A DNA stretch of 64,000 nucleotides from Vulcanimicrobiota bacterium (GTDB lineage: Bacteria; Vulcanimicrobiota; Vulcanimicrobiia; Vulcanimicrobiales; Vulcanimicrobiaceae): positions 480,001 to 544,000 of the forward strand of contig CAWHWQ010000005.1 in the NCBI GenBank assembly GCA_963833095.1. The letters run 5' to 3'. Under the pieces are notes generated by a model, which saw only the letters and a program-made list of their open reading frames with translations, was not told where the DNA came from and made no database searches. Positions 26,852 to 35,260 of the stretch are shown here, one piece after another (the stretch's first letter is position 1; every line of letters starts with the position of its first letter). The position numbers and the translations under genes were made by a program.

Positions 26852-27600
26852 TAGCGTTTCCTCGTTGTCACGCGTTCGATGCGTTTTCCTTGCGAACCGA
26901 CTTTGACGATGCGTTGCACGAAGATCCCGGGCAAGTGCACGCTTTCGGGATCGATCTCACCGGGTTCCACCAGCTCCTCGGTCTCGACGATCGTGATCTT
27001 GCCGGCCATTGCGCACAGCGGATTGAAGTTGCGCGTCGCCTTATGGAAGACCACGTTGCCAGCGGTGTCGGTAACCGACGCGCGCACGAGCGCGTAATCG
27101 CACACGATGCCGAGTTCCATCACGTAATCGCGCCCATTGAACTCGCGCGTATCTTTTTTCGGTGAGGCAATCGCGACCGACCCGTCGGTGTTGTACTTCC
27201 ACGGTAGACCGCCGTCCGCAACCAGCGTTCCGACGCCGGCCGGCGTGAAAAACGCTGGGATACCACAGCCGCCCGCGCGCAGCCGTTCGGCAAGCGTCCC
27301 CTGGGGGACCAATTCAACTTCGAGCTCGCCGCCGAGGTACTGGCGCTCGAATTCCTTGTTCTCCCCGACGTAGGAACCGGTCGTGCGGCGGATGCGCTTG
27401 TGGTCCAGCAGCACGCCAAGGCCCCAGCTGTCGACGCCGCAGTTATTTGACACGGTCACGAGGTCGCTTGCGCCCTGCTCGAAGAGCGCCTGGATGAGAT
27501 TTTCGGGAATGCCGTTGAGGCCAAAGCCGCCCACTGCGAGCGACGCGCCGCTGCGGATATCGGCGACCGCCTCCGCGCACGTCTGGAACACTTTGTTCAT
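26851..27600 (-). CDS. scoA: 3-oxoacid CoA-transferase subunit A
   Basis: [39 protein letters not shown]. Confidence 0.9.
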   Translation of the reverse strand: MNKVFQTCAEAVADIRSGASLAVGGFGLNGIPENLIQALFEQGASDLVTVSNNCGVDSWGLGVLLDHKRIRRTTGSYVGENKEFERQYLGGELEVELVPQGTLAERLRAGGCGIPAFFTPAGVGTLVADGGLPWKYNTDGSVAIASPKKDTREFNGRDYVMELGIVCDYALVRASVTDTAGNVVFHKATRNFNPLCAMAGKITIVETEELVEPGEIDPESVHLPGIFVQRIVKVGSQGKRIERVTTRKR

Positions 27601-27657
27601 GTCGGGCTATTGCGCCGATTGACGGAACGGCTCCCTCCCCCGTGGAAGCCTGGTGCC

Positions 27658-28824
27658 ATGAGCATTGCACCCCCTCGCACCGTCGATAGCGACGAAGAGG
27701 CCATGATCATCAATGTGGTGCGCGAACTGGTTGCGGAAAAAGTCGCACCGCGCGCCGCCGAGATCGATGAGACCGCCGAATTCCCGACCGACATCAAAGA
27801 GCTGTTCGCGCAGAACGACTTGATGGGTATCCCAATTCCCACCGAGTACGGCGGCCTAGGCGGCTCGTTCGTCACCTACGTCAAAGTGGTCGAAGAGATC
27901 GCAAAGGCCTGTGCGTCGAGTTCGTTGATCGTCGCGGTGCAAGAGCTTGGCATGCTGCCGATTCTGATCGGCGGCAGCGAGGAACAAAAGAAACGCTTCC
28001 TTCCCGACATTGCATCGGGCAAGAAGATCGCGGCATACGCCTTGACCGAAGCCTCGAGCGGTTCCGATGCGCTGGGTTCGATGCGCACGCGCGCCGAGCG
28101 TCAGGGCGACAAGTACGTGCTCAACGGCCAGAAGATTTGGATCACCAACGGCAGCGTCGCCGATGTCGTGTGCGTCTTTGCAGTCACTGATCCCGATGCG
28201 GGTTCGCGCGGCGTTTCGGCGTTTGTCGTCGAGAAGGGCACCAAGGGATTCAGCGTCGGCAAGAAAGAGAAAAAGATGGGCATCCGCGGTTCACCCACCG
28301 TGGAGCTCGTCTTTGACGACTGCGACGTGCCGGCCGCGAATCGCTTGGGCGAAGAAGGCGAAGGTTTCAAGATCGCGATGAAGGTGCTGGATAAATCGCG
28401 GCCCGGCATCGCCGCGCAAGCGCTCGGCATTGCCGCCGGCGCGCTCGAGTATGCAGTAAACTACGCCAAAGAGCGCGTCGCGTTCGGTAAGCCGATCGGC
28501 CAACATCAGGGCCTGGGATTCATGCTCGCCGATATGAAGACCGAGGTCGAGTCAGCTCGGCTACTGCTTTACGAAGCGGCGCGCAAATGCGACGAGGGTA
28601 CACCCGATGTCTCGCTCTGGGCCTCGATGGCAAAACTCAAGTGCGGTGATGTGGCGATGTCGGTGACGACCGATGCGGTGCAAGTGCTTGGTGGATTTGG
28701 GTACTCGTCGGAATACCCGGTCGAGCGGATGATGCGCGACGCAAAAATCACGCAAATTTACGAGGGAACCCAGCAAATTCAGCGCTTGGTGATCTCTCGT
28801 GCCCTCGTCGGCAAGGGAAAATAG
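27658..28824 (+). CDS. Acyl-CoA dehydrogenase
   Basis: YALTEASSGSD, NGQKIWITNG, KKMGIRGS, QVLGGFGY, RDAKITQIYEGTQQIQR. Confidence 0.93.
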   Translation: MSIAPPRTVDSDEEAMIINVVRELVAEKVAPRAAEIDETAEFPTDIKELFAQNDLMGIPIPTEYGGLGGSFVTYVKVVEEIAKACASSSLIVAVQELGMLPILIGGSEEQKKRFLPDIASGKKIAAYALTEASSGSDALGSMRTRAERQGDKYVLNGQKIWITNGSVADVVCVFAVTDPDAGSRGVSAFVVEKGTKGFSVGKKEKKMGIRGSPTVELVFDDCDVPAANRLGEEGEGFKIAMKVLDKSRPGIAAQALGIAAGALEYAVNYAKERVAFGKPIGQHQGLGFMLADMKTEVESARLLLYEAARKCDEGTPDVSLWASMAKLKCGDVAMSVTTDAVQVLGGFGYSSEYPVERMMRDAKITQIYEGTQQIQRLVISRALVGKGK

Positions 28825-28981
28825 AGGCCGAACATAGCGCGAGCGAAGCCTGGAGGGTAGGGCTCGCTTGCTGCGAACTTCCTGAACCGTTGTTGCGTTT
28901 TTAGGACGTAACGGAGCACACGATGCGGCCTTCTCACGCCGCAAGACGTTCCCGTATTTTGCTATGGAAGGAGGTACTACC

Positions 28982-29320
28982 ATGACCAAGACCCTCGCAT
29001 CGCTCCTCGCAGCGGCGTTCCTGATGACCGCCCCCGCGATGGCTGCAAGCCCCGCCCCCAAGGCATCAGCCAAAGCCGCTTCGTCGATGAAGTCGACCAA
29101 GCCGGCCGCTAAACCGGCTGCAAAACCGGCTGCAAAACCGGCTGCAAAACCGGCCGCAAAGCCGGCGCCGAAGGCGACCAAGAAGCCGCGTCTCCAGAAG
29201 ACGGCGGCTACCGCGAAGCCCATGGCGACCAAAGCTCCGGCCAAGTCGTCGATGAAGTCGACCAAACCGGCCGCGAAACCGGCCGCAAAGCCGGCGCCGA
29301 AGGCGACCAAGAAACCGTAA
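28982..29320 (+). CDS. Small secreted Lys/Ala/Pro-rich repeat protein
   Basis: AAGGAGG RBS; Sec signal MTKTLASLLAAAFLMTAPAMA; KPAA repeats; followed by a terminator. Confidence 0.8.
   Translation: MTKTLASLLAAAFLMTAPAMAASPAPKASAKAASSMKSTKPAAKPAAKPAAKPAAKPAAKPAPKATKKPRLQKTAATAKPMATKAPAKSSMKSTKPAAKPAAKPAPKATKKP
29099..29170 (+). repeat. 12-bp coding tandem repeat (KPAA x5 plus KPAP)
   Basis: AAACCGGCTGCA x3 plus synonymous variants; a larger unit beginning TCGTCGATGAAGTCGACCAA occurs at 29081 and again at 29246. Confidence 0.9.
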
Positions 29321-29340
29321 CCCTCGTTCTTATCCATCCT

Positions 29341-29377
29341 ATGACGGCGCAGTCGTACGACTGCGCCGTCATTTTTT
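29341..29377 (+). terminator. Rho-independent terminator (perfect 32-bp palindrome plus T-run)
   Basis: ATGACGGCGCAGTCGT|ACGACTGCGCCGTCAT followed by TTTTT. Confidence 0.85.
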
Positions 29378-29392
29378 GGTAGCCTAAAAACA

Positions 29393-29920
29393 ATGGCCGA
29401 CCGCGCAGATCCAATGAAACCCGAGTTCACTGCCCAAAACCCGATCGTCGAAGCCGCAACGCGCCTTCGCGCGCGGCGCGACATCGGCCGCGCGATCGAC
29501 GGCCCCGGCGATGCGCAACGTGAAGAGGTTCCGCAGGACGCGGAAGCTTCGCTGCAGCTCTTCCATCGCCGGCTGCTCGACGGCGCGAAACGCCTTGAAT
29601 CGATCCTCGGAAAAGGAGCGTTGAAAATCGTCCGGCTGGAGAAGCCGCTGCGCGTACGCGTGCGTTTCGGCGAGCAACGCGTCAGCCTCGATCTCGATGA
29701 CGTGCATCAACTGGTGCGCATCACCGGCGCGGGGCTCGACGGCGAATATCAGTTTGATATGGCAGCGTCAACCCCGGCACTCATCAATATCTCCAAGATC
29801 TCGACCGAGGCAGGCTACGGCGAGGCGCTTACCGCTTCTTCTTTGTTGAAACTGATCGCGCAGGACGCCGAGTTGCCGCGGCCTTCGCACTTGGACGGAT
29901 CCGGCCCGCTGCCGTTGTAG
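29393..29920 (+). CDS. Hypothetical protein
   Basis: Intact 175-aa ORF with natural composition; no family recognised. Confidence 0.6.
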   Translation: MADRADPMKPEFTAQNPIVEAATRLRARRDIGRAIDGPGDAQREEVPQDAEASLQLFHRRLLDGAKRLESILGKGALKIVRLEKPLRVRVRFGEQRVSLDLDDVHQLVRITGAGLDGEYQFDMAASTPALINISKISTEAGYGEALTASSLLKLIAQDAELPRPSHLDGSGPLPL

Positions 29921-30590
29921 CGTTCATCTTCGCGATGATCGGCGGCGTCGGGCAGACGCCGTTCACCGGGCACTGACCGCACAACGGCGTCGGAGCCTTA
30001 CAAATTTCCCGGCCGTGTAAGATGAGCCAGTGGTGCGCAAAGCGCCACTTCTCGCGCGGCACGAGCGCCGTCACGTCTTCTTCCACGCCCAGCGGCGTCG
30101 TCGCCGTGGTCAGACCGAGCCGATGCGAAACGCGAAACACGTGCGTATCGACCGCGAACGCCGCATCCTCAAAAGCAACCGACATCACGACCGAGGCGGT
30201 CTTGCGCCCGACGCCGGCGAGCGATTGCAACGCGTCACGGTCGTTGGGAATTTCGCCGCCGAACTTATCGACCAAATCCTTCGCCGCGCTGATGATGTTT
30301 TTGGCCTTCATCCGGAAGAAGCCGGTCGATCTGACGAGCTGCTCAACATCGGCGACCTTCGCTTTGGCTAGCGCATGCGGCGTCGGATACTTTGTAAAGA
30401 GTTGCGGCGTGGTTTGATTAACGCGCGCGTCGGTGGTCTGGGCAGAGAGTATTACCGACACCAAGAGCTCGAATGGATTGCGATAGTGCAGGGCGGTCAC
30501 CGCGTGCGGATAGGTGCGCTCGAGAATCGCGAGCTCTTGCTCGGCGATTTCGAGCGAAATCACCTTTTTTGGGAACGGTATCTTCGGCAT
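29829..30590 (-). CDS. nth: Endonuclease III
   Basis: LLVSVILSAQTTD, HhH motif LAGVGRKTA, VDTH, 4Fe-4S motif CKAPTPLCGQCPVNGVC. Confidence 0.95.
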   Translation of the reverse strand: MPKIPFPKKVISLEIAEQELAILERTYPHAVTALHYRNPFELLVSVILSAQTTDARVNQTTPQLFTKYPTPHALAKAKVADVEQLVRSTGFFRMKAKNIISAAKDLVDKFGGEIPNDRDALQSLAGVGRKTASVVMSVAFEDAAFAVDTHVFRVSHRLGLTTATTPLGVEEDVTALVPREKWRFAHHWLILHGREICKAPTPLCGQCPVNGVCPTPPIIAKMNATTAAGRIRPSAKAAATRRPARSVSTKKKR

Positions 30591-30632
30591 CTTAGAAGCG
30601 GTTTTTCCGCACGACGTTAGAACCCATTCCGA

Positions 30633-31913
30633 ATGACGTTTTCCGGACCGTCGCAGGCCAACGAGCGAGCGGTCGAGCTGCGTGCCGCGGGACGGTTGCC
30701 CGAGGCGATCGCCGCGCTTCGCGACGGTGTCGCCCTCTTCCCGAACGTGATCGAGCTGCATCAGAATCTCGCCCACATGCTCTACGAGTTCGGCGAGCTT
30801 CCCGGCGCGATTGCCGAGCACCGCGCGGTGCTCGGCATCGAAGAGAATAACGTGGCCTCTCGCTTGGGCCTCTATGAGCTGCTGCAAATCGCCGGCGAGC
30901 GCGATGAAGCACTCGTCCATCAGCGCGTCGCGCTGCGCATTCGGCGACTGTTTTCACAAATTGCTCCGCACGAGCAGCGCAGCATATTATGCTTGTGCGG
31001 CCCGGGTGATTGGCAAGCGAACATTCCGGTCGATTTTCTCTTCAACCACGATACGACTACCGTGCACAAACTCTATCTTGTCGATGACAAAGACATGGAC
31101 GCCCAGGTCCCGCTGCGATACGACGTGGTGTGGAACACAATCGCCGAGTCACCCGAGGCGCTCCCCTATCTCGCGCTCGCTAACCGGTTCATGCACGCGC
31201 ACAGCAAACCCACGCTCAACTCGCCTGCGCGCGTTATCACGACCGGTCGATCGCTCCTGGACTCAACGCTTTCCGGAACGAACGCTCGGGTCGCGCCTGT
31301 AGTCATCGTCGAGCAGGAACGTCTGCGCAATGCTGCGTTGCCCCTTGCCTTTCCGCTCATCGCGCGTCCGCTCGGCTCGCACGCGGGTCAAGGCCTCGAA
31401 CGTCTAGCCGATCAGGATGCGTGCGGACCATATGTCGAGCGCAATCCGTCGCAACGGTATTTCGTGAGTTCATTTATCGACTACGCGAGCGCCGACGGCT
31501 ATTTTCGCAAGTACCGCGTGGTCTTTGTGGATGGAATACCCTACCCAGTTCATCTCGCGATCTCGCCCAATTGGATGATTCACTATTACAACGCGCCGAT
31601 GCGCGAGCATGAGTGGATGCGCAAGGAAGAGGCTGCTTTTCTCGCGGATCCGCGCCTGGCATTTGACGGCCCCCGCTTCGAGACATTGGTAAAGATCGGC
31701 GCTGCCGTGGGCCTCGAGTACTTCGGCATCGACTGCGGAATCGACCGCGAGGGGAACGTGCTCGTCTTCGAGGCCGACGCTGCGATGCTCGTGCATACCA
31801 GCGACCCAATCGATCTTTATCCCTACAAACACGAGTTCGTTCCCAGAATCTACCGCGCAGTGGAGCAAATGATCGACCGGCGCAAAGCCGGCGCCTCGCC
31901 TGCCGATACCTAA
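30633..31913 (+). CDS. TPR plus RimK-like ATP-grasp protein
   Basis: N-terminal TPR-like helices; FPLIARPLGSHAGQG, FIDY..DGYFRKYRV, YFGIDCG..LVFEAD. Confidence 0.75.
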   Translation: MTFSGPSQANERAVELRAAGRLPEAIAALRDGVALFPNVIELHQNLAHMLYEFGELPGAIAEHRAVLGIEENNVASRLGLYELLQIAGERDEALVHQRVALRIRRLFSQIAPHEQRSILCLCGPGDWQANIPVDFLFNHDTTTVHKLYLVDDKDMDAQVPLRYDVVWNTIAESPEALPYLALANRFMHAHSKPTLNSPARVITTGRSLLDSTLSGTNARVAPVVIVEQERLRNAALPLAFPLIARPLGSHAGQGLERLADQDACGPYVERNPSQRYFVSSFIDYASADGYFRKYRVVFVDGIPYPVHLAISPNWMIHYYNAPMREHEWMRKEEAAFLADPRLAFDGPRFETLVKIGAAVGLEYFGIDCGIDREGNVLVFEADAAMLVHTSDPIDLYPYKHEFVPRIYRAVEQMIDRRKAGASPADT

Positions 31914-31919
31914 AGGGTC

Positions 31920-33317
31920 ATGACCGCGTCTAGGCCGTATGAGCTTGCCGTCGTTGGCGGTGGCCTCTCGGCCACCGCGCTTGCTTGCGCGCTCAGCGCA
32001 CGCGCGAGACCGGATTTTCGCGCGGTCTTCTTCAATCGCAGCGACCTCGGTCCGGGCACGGCCTACGCTCCGCAATCGGCCAGTCTTTTGATGAACGGGC
32101 CGGTGCGCGCGATGTCGGCCGTACCAGGCGACGATCGCCATCTCGCGCGCTATCTGGTCGACGAAACCGACGACGCGATGATTTGCCGCGCGCGTTTCGG
32201 CGCGTACCTTCGAGCGACGAGTGCGAATGCGCTCGCGCAGCACGCCGGAATGACGCACGAGCGCGCCGAGATCATCGACATCGAGCGAACCGACACTGGA
32301 TACCGCCTCACCGATGACAACGGTCGCCGGCACGACGCGCGAAGCGTGGTGCTCGCGCTGGGCAATCTGCCGCCGAACGATCGTTTTCTCCCTGAGAGCG
32401 TGCGCCGTCATGCTGGATATGCCGGCGACCCTTGGACGGCGGACATCGCGCATTTCGACCCCGCAGCCGAAGTCGTCGTCATCGGTAGCCGGTTGACCGC
32501 AATGGACACGATCGCACTGTTGGATGAGCGCGCATTCCGCGGGCGCGTGCATATTGTCTCGCGCCACGGTCTTTTGCCGCTAGTCGAGGATACAGGCGTG
32601 CGAGGAGTCGACGCGGCAACTCTTGGCCTCGATATTCGCACGCCGTATACACTGCTGCGCTCGCTCCGCGCTGCCGCCGCTGGATTTTCCGGCGATTGGC
32701 GCGCACTCATCGAGGCGCTGCGTCCAATTACGCCGGCGATCTGGAGCGGGTGGAGCGATCGCGAACGCAAGCGTTTCTTACGTCATCTGCAATCGATGTG
32801 GGCAATCCATCGCTATCGCGTTCCTCCCGCGACCTATGCGGCGTTTACCCGCATGAAAGCCGAGGGACGTATCAGAGTTCATCGCGGCCATGTCACCGGC
32901 GGCATCGCGCGGTCGAATGGGATCACCCTGAACATCGCGGCTCCAACCGGACCGCTTGAACTTCATGCCGCGTACGTCGTTAACTGCACGGGCCCGAATT
33001 CCGATCTGCGTACCGTCGCGCACCCATTCGTCCGCAACGCGCTTGCGCGTGGGCTAATGCGCCCCGATCCGCTCGCACTCGGCGTCGACGTGACAAGTGA
33101 TTATCGCGTCCTCGACGTAAAGGGCCAGCCCCAGCCGCAGCTCTTTGCAATCGGTCCGCTGCTACGCGGCCTGTGGTACGAGACGACGGCGGTCGGCGAG
33201 ATTCGCAAACACGCTAGCGAGATCGTCTCGCTGCTATTTGAGGTAACTCTCGATCCAGCCCGACCAGCGGCGGTAAACGTCGAGCGAGCGGACGGGATCG
33301 CCCGGAAAGTGTCCTGA
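31920..33317 (+). CDS. FAD/NAD(P)-binding oxidoreductase (YdhS-like)
   Basis: AVVGGGLSA, GPGTAY, VIGSRLTAMD, SRHGLLP, NCTGP, AIGPLLRGLWYETTAV. Confidence 0.85.
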   Translation: MTASRPYELAVVGGGLSATALACALSARARPDFRAVFFNRSDLGPGTAYAPQSASLLMNGPVRAMSAVPGDDRHLARYLVDETDDAMICRARFGAYLRATSANALAQHAGMTHERAEIIDIERTDTGYRLTDDNGRRHDARSVVLALGNLPPNDRFLPESVRRHAGYAGDPWTADIAHFDPAAEVVVIGSRLTAMDTIALLDERAFRGRVHIVSRHGLLPLVEDTGVRGVDAATLGLDIRTPYTLLRSLRAAAAGFSGDWRALIEALRPITPAIWSGWSDRERKRFLRHLQSMWAIHRYRVPPATYAAFTRMKAEGRIRVHRGHVTGGIARSNGITLNIAAPTGPLELHAAYVVNCTGPNSDLRTVAHPFVRNALARGLMRPDPLALGVDVTSDYRVLDVKGQPQPQLFAIGPLLRGLWYETTAVGEIRKHASEIVSLLFEVTLDPARPAAVNVERADGIARKVS

Positions 33318-35249
33318 GACCGGATACGCCCAGAATTGCACCGTCGTACCGCGGTCTTTGAGCGCATGGTAGAACTTGTACGACTGCGTGATCGGCACGC
33401 GTTGATCGCCGACGTCGCTTAAGATCAACGTCGGCGTTGTGACGCTCCAGGCAGCGCTGATCGGTGACTGATCGATGTAGTTCTTCGTGAGGCCTTTGAC
33501 GTAGGGCGAGCCATTCATGTCGAACCGCCAGCCGACGCCGTTGTCGGCAAGCGCGTACTCGTCGATCAGGTCGTTGACCGCCGCACCAGAAACCGCGGCC
33601 TTCCAAATATGGTAGTGGCCGATCATCCACGAGGTCATGTAACCGCCGTACGACCAACCCGAGACGGCGATGCGCGAGGTATCGATTTTGTACTGCTGTT
33701 CGAGCGCGGCGATGCCGGCCATCACATCGCGCCCTGGACCCGCACCTGAATCATTCACGATGCCGTACCAGTACTTCGCGCCGAGATTGTCGCTGCCGCG
33801 ATAGTTCGGATTGAAGACGATGTACCCGCGCGCCGCCAGCAATTGATTGAACCCGCTAAACGAGGTGATCGAGGCCGAATTCGGTCCGCCGTGGATAACC
33901 AGCACCAGCGGATAGGTCCTGGCGGAATCGTAACCGGGTGGAAGCGTCACCACACCGTCCTCGAGAAAGCCGTCGTTTTGCCATTGGATAGCACGCACCA
34001 CACCGAGATCGAGCGCCGCGATGGCATCGTTATAACTGGTAAGGCGCTGCGGCGCGGAATCAGGCGACGGCATGTAGTAGAGCTCGCTTGGATGGTTGGG
34101 CTCGCTCCCGGCAAAGGCGATCGCGCCACTCGTGGCGACCGAGGCATCGAGCCAAAAACCTTGCGATGGCTGCACGCCGTGAAGATCGAGGCGCACGGAT
34201 TTTCCGTCGAGCGGTTTGATCCACAGTGCCGCGTCGGTATCCTTATGCCCCGAGATCAGCAGCTTCTTTGAATCCGGCATCCAGATGAAGCGCTGCACGT
34301 TGGTATCGATGCCGGACGACGTCACGTCGGCACCGTCGCCACCGCCTGCAGGCGCAACGTAGATCTCGTTGACGGCGGCTTCGTCGCCGGCCTGCGGGTA
34401 CCAGTACGCGACGTGCGTTCCGTCGGGCGAATATTCGCCGAAGCCTTCATATTTGCCGTGCGACGTCAGCGGAGTGATCTTGCCTCCGGCAAGCTCCAGC
34501 GCGCAGACGACCGCGCCGTCGGAATCCGCGTCGTACGCGTTCGGCATCTTGGTGAAGACGATCGATTTGCCGTCGGGCGACCACGAGATCGGCGGCCCCG
34601 GCGAACTTGGCGGTTGCGCCGAGGGCAGACTCCAGCTTCCGCTCGTAAGGCGCTTCGTCGTAGTCGATCCGTCAGCATTAAATGCGAGCAGCCAAATATG
34701 ATTGCTCGTCGGCGCCGAGCGATCGTCGTACGCCTGATCTCCGACTACGAACGAATCGAGATGTTTCTCGACGTCTTTTTTGTTTGAAGGCTCGTCGGGA
34801 GCGACGAAGGCAATCGCCCCGCCGTCCGGACGCCACGCGAATTCTTCTACGCCTTTGGGTGCCTTAGTGGCCGCCACTGCGTCACCGCCGCGCATCTCCA
34901 TGATCCAGAGTTGCTGATTGACGTCGTCGCCGGTGCCGTAATCGGCGAGGAACCCGAGCTTCGTTCCGTCCGGCGACCAAGCCGGCGACGCTAGACCTTT
35001 GCGTTCGAAGGTAAGGGCGCGCGCCGTCTTCGTTGCGACGTCGTACAGCTCGAGCGTACGGTCGTTGATGTCCGTCTTGAGATTTTGGCGTGTCAAGACA
35101 AAAGCAATTTGCTTTCCGTCGGGCGAGATCGCGACGTTCGAGACGCCGGCGATCTTGGGAAAGTCGTCGAGCGTAAAAACGCGCGGCGCCGACGCCGGAG
35201 CCGCCGCGATGCATACAGCGAGCAGTACTGAAGCCGTGAGTCTTTTCAT
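33234..35249 (-). CDS. Secreted S9-family (prolyl oligo/acylaminoacyl) peptidase
   Basis: Signal peptide, WSPDG propeller repeats, IHGGP, NYRGS, GWSYGG nucleophile, D and H of the triad (DQRVP, SGHF). Confidence 0.92.
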   Translation of the reverse strand: MKRLTASVLLAVCIAAAPASAPRVFTLDDFPKIAGVSNVAISPDGKQIAFVLTRQNLKTDINDRTLELYDVATKTARALTFERKGLASPAWSPDGTKLGFLADYGTGDDVNQQLWIMEMRGGDAVAATKAPKGVEEFAWRPDGGAIAFVAPDEPSNKKDVEKHLDSFVVGDQAYDDRSAPTSNHIWLLAFNADGSTTTKRLTSGSWSLPSAQPPSSPGPPISWSPDGKSIVFTKMPNAYDADSDGAVVCALELAGGKITPLTSHGKYEGFGEYSPDGTHVAYWYPQAGDEAAVNEIYVAPAGGGDGADVTSSGIDTNVQRFIWMPDSKKLLISGHKDTDAALWIKPLDGKSVRLDLHGVQPSQGFWLDASVATSGAIAFAGSEPNHPSELYYMPSPDSAPQRLTSYNDAIAALDLGVVRAIQWQNDGFLEDGVVTLPPGYDSARTYPLVLVIHGGPNSASITSFSGFNQLLAARGYIVFNPNYRGSDNLGAKYWYGIVNDSGAGPGRDVMAGIAALEQQYKIDTSRIAVSGWSYGGYMTSWMIGHYHIWKAAVSGAAVNDLIDEYALADNGVGWRFDMNGSPYVKGLTKNYIDQSPISAAWSVTTPTLILSDVGDQRVPITQSYKFYHALKDRGTTVQFWAYPVSGHFPGDPVRSLDVYRRWSGWIESYLK

Positions 35250-35260
35250 TTTGTCTTCCT

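Noticed and set aside
28916..28944. GCACACGATGCGGC as a fourth copy of the structured element
   Set aside because: It has the CACGATG core, but the stem pairs poorly and the GGTTCG/CGAACC frame is missing; it could be chance.
28982..29320. KPAA-repeat protein as the RiPP precursor for the nearby ATP-grasp enzyme
   Set aside because: It lacks the Asp/Glu acceptors needed for graspetide-type crosslinks, has a Sec signal, and is separated from the enzyme by a terminator and two genes.
31470..32567. Long antisense ORFs (also 42006-43442, 28561-29484, 61869-62705)
   Set aside because: They are shadows of well-supported opposite-strand genes, as expected in high-GC DNA, and carry no motifs of their own.
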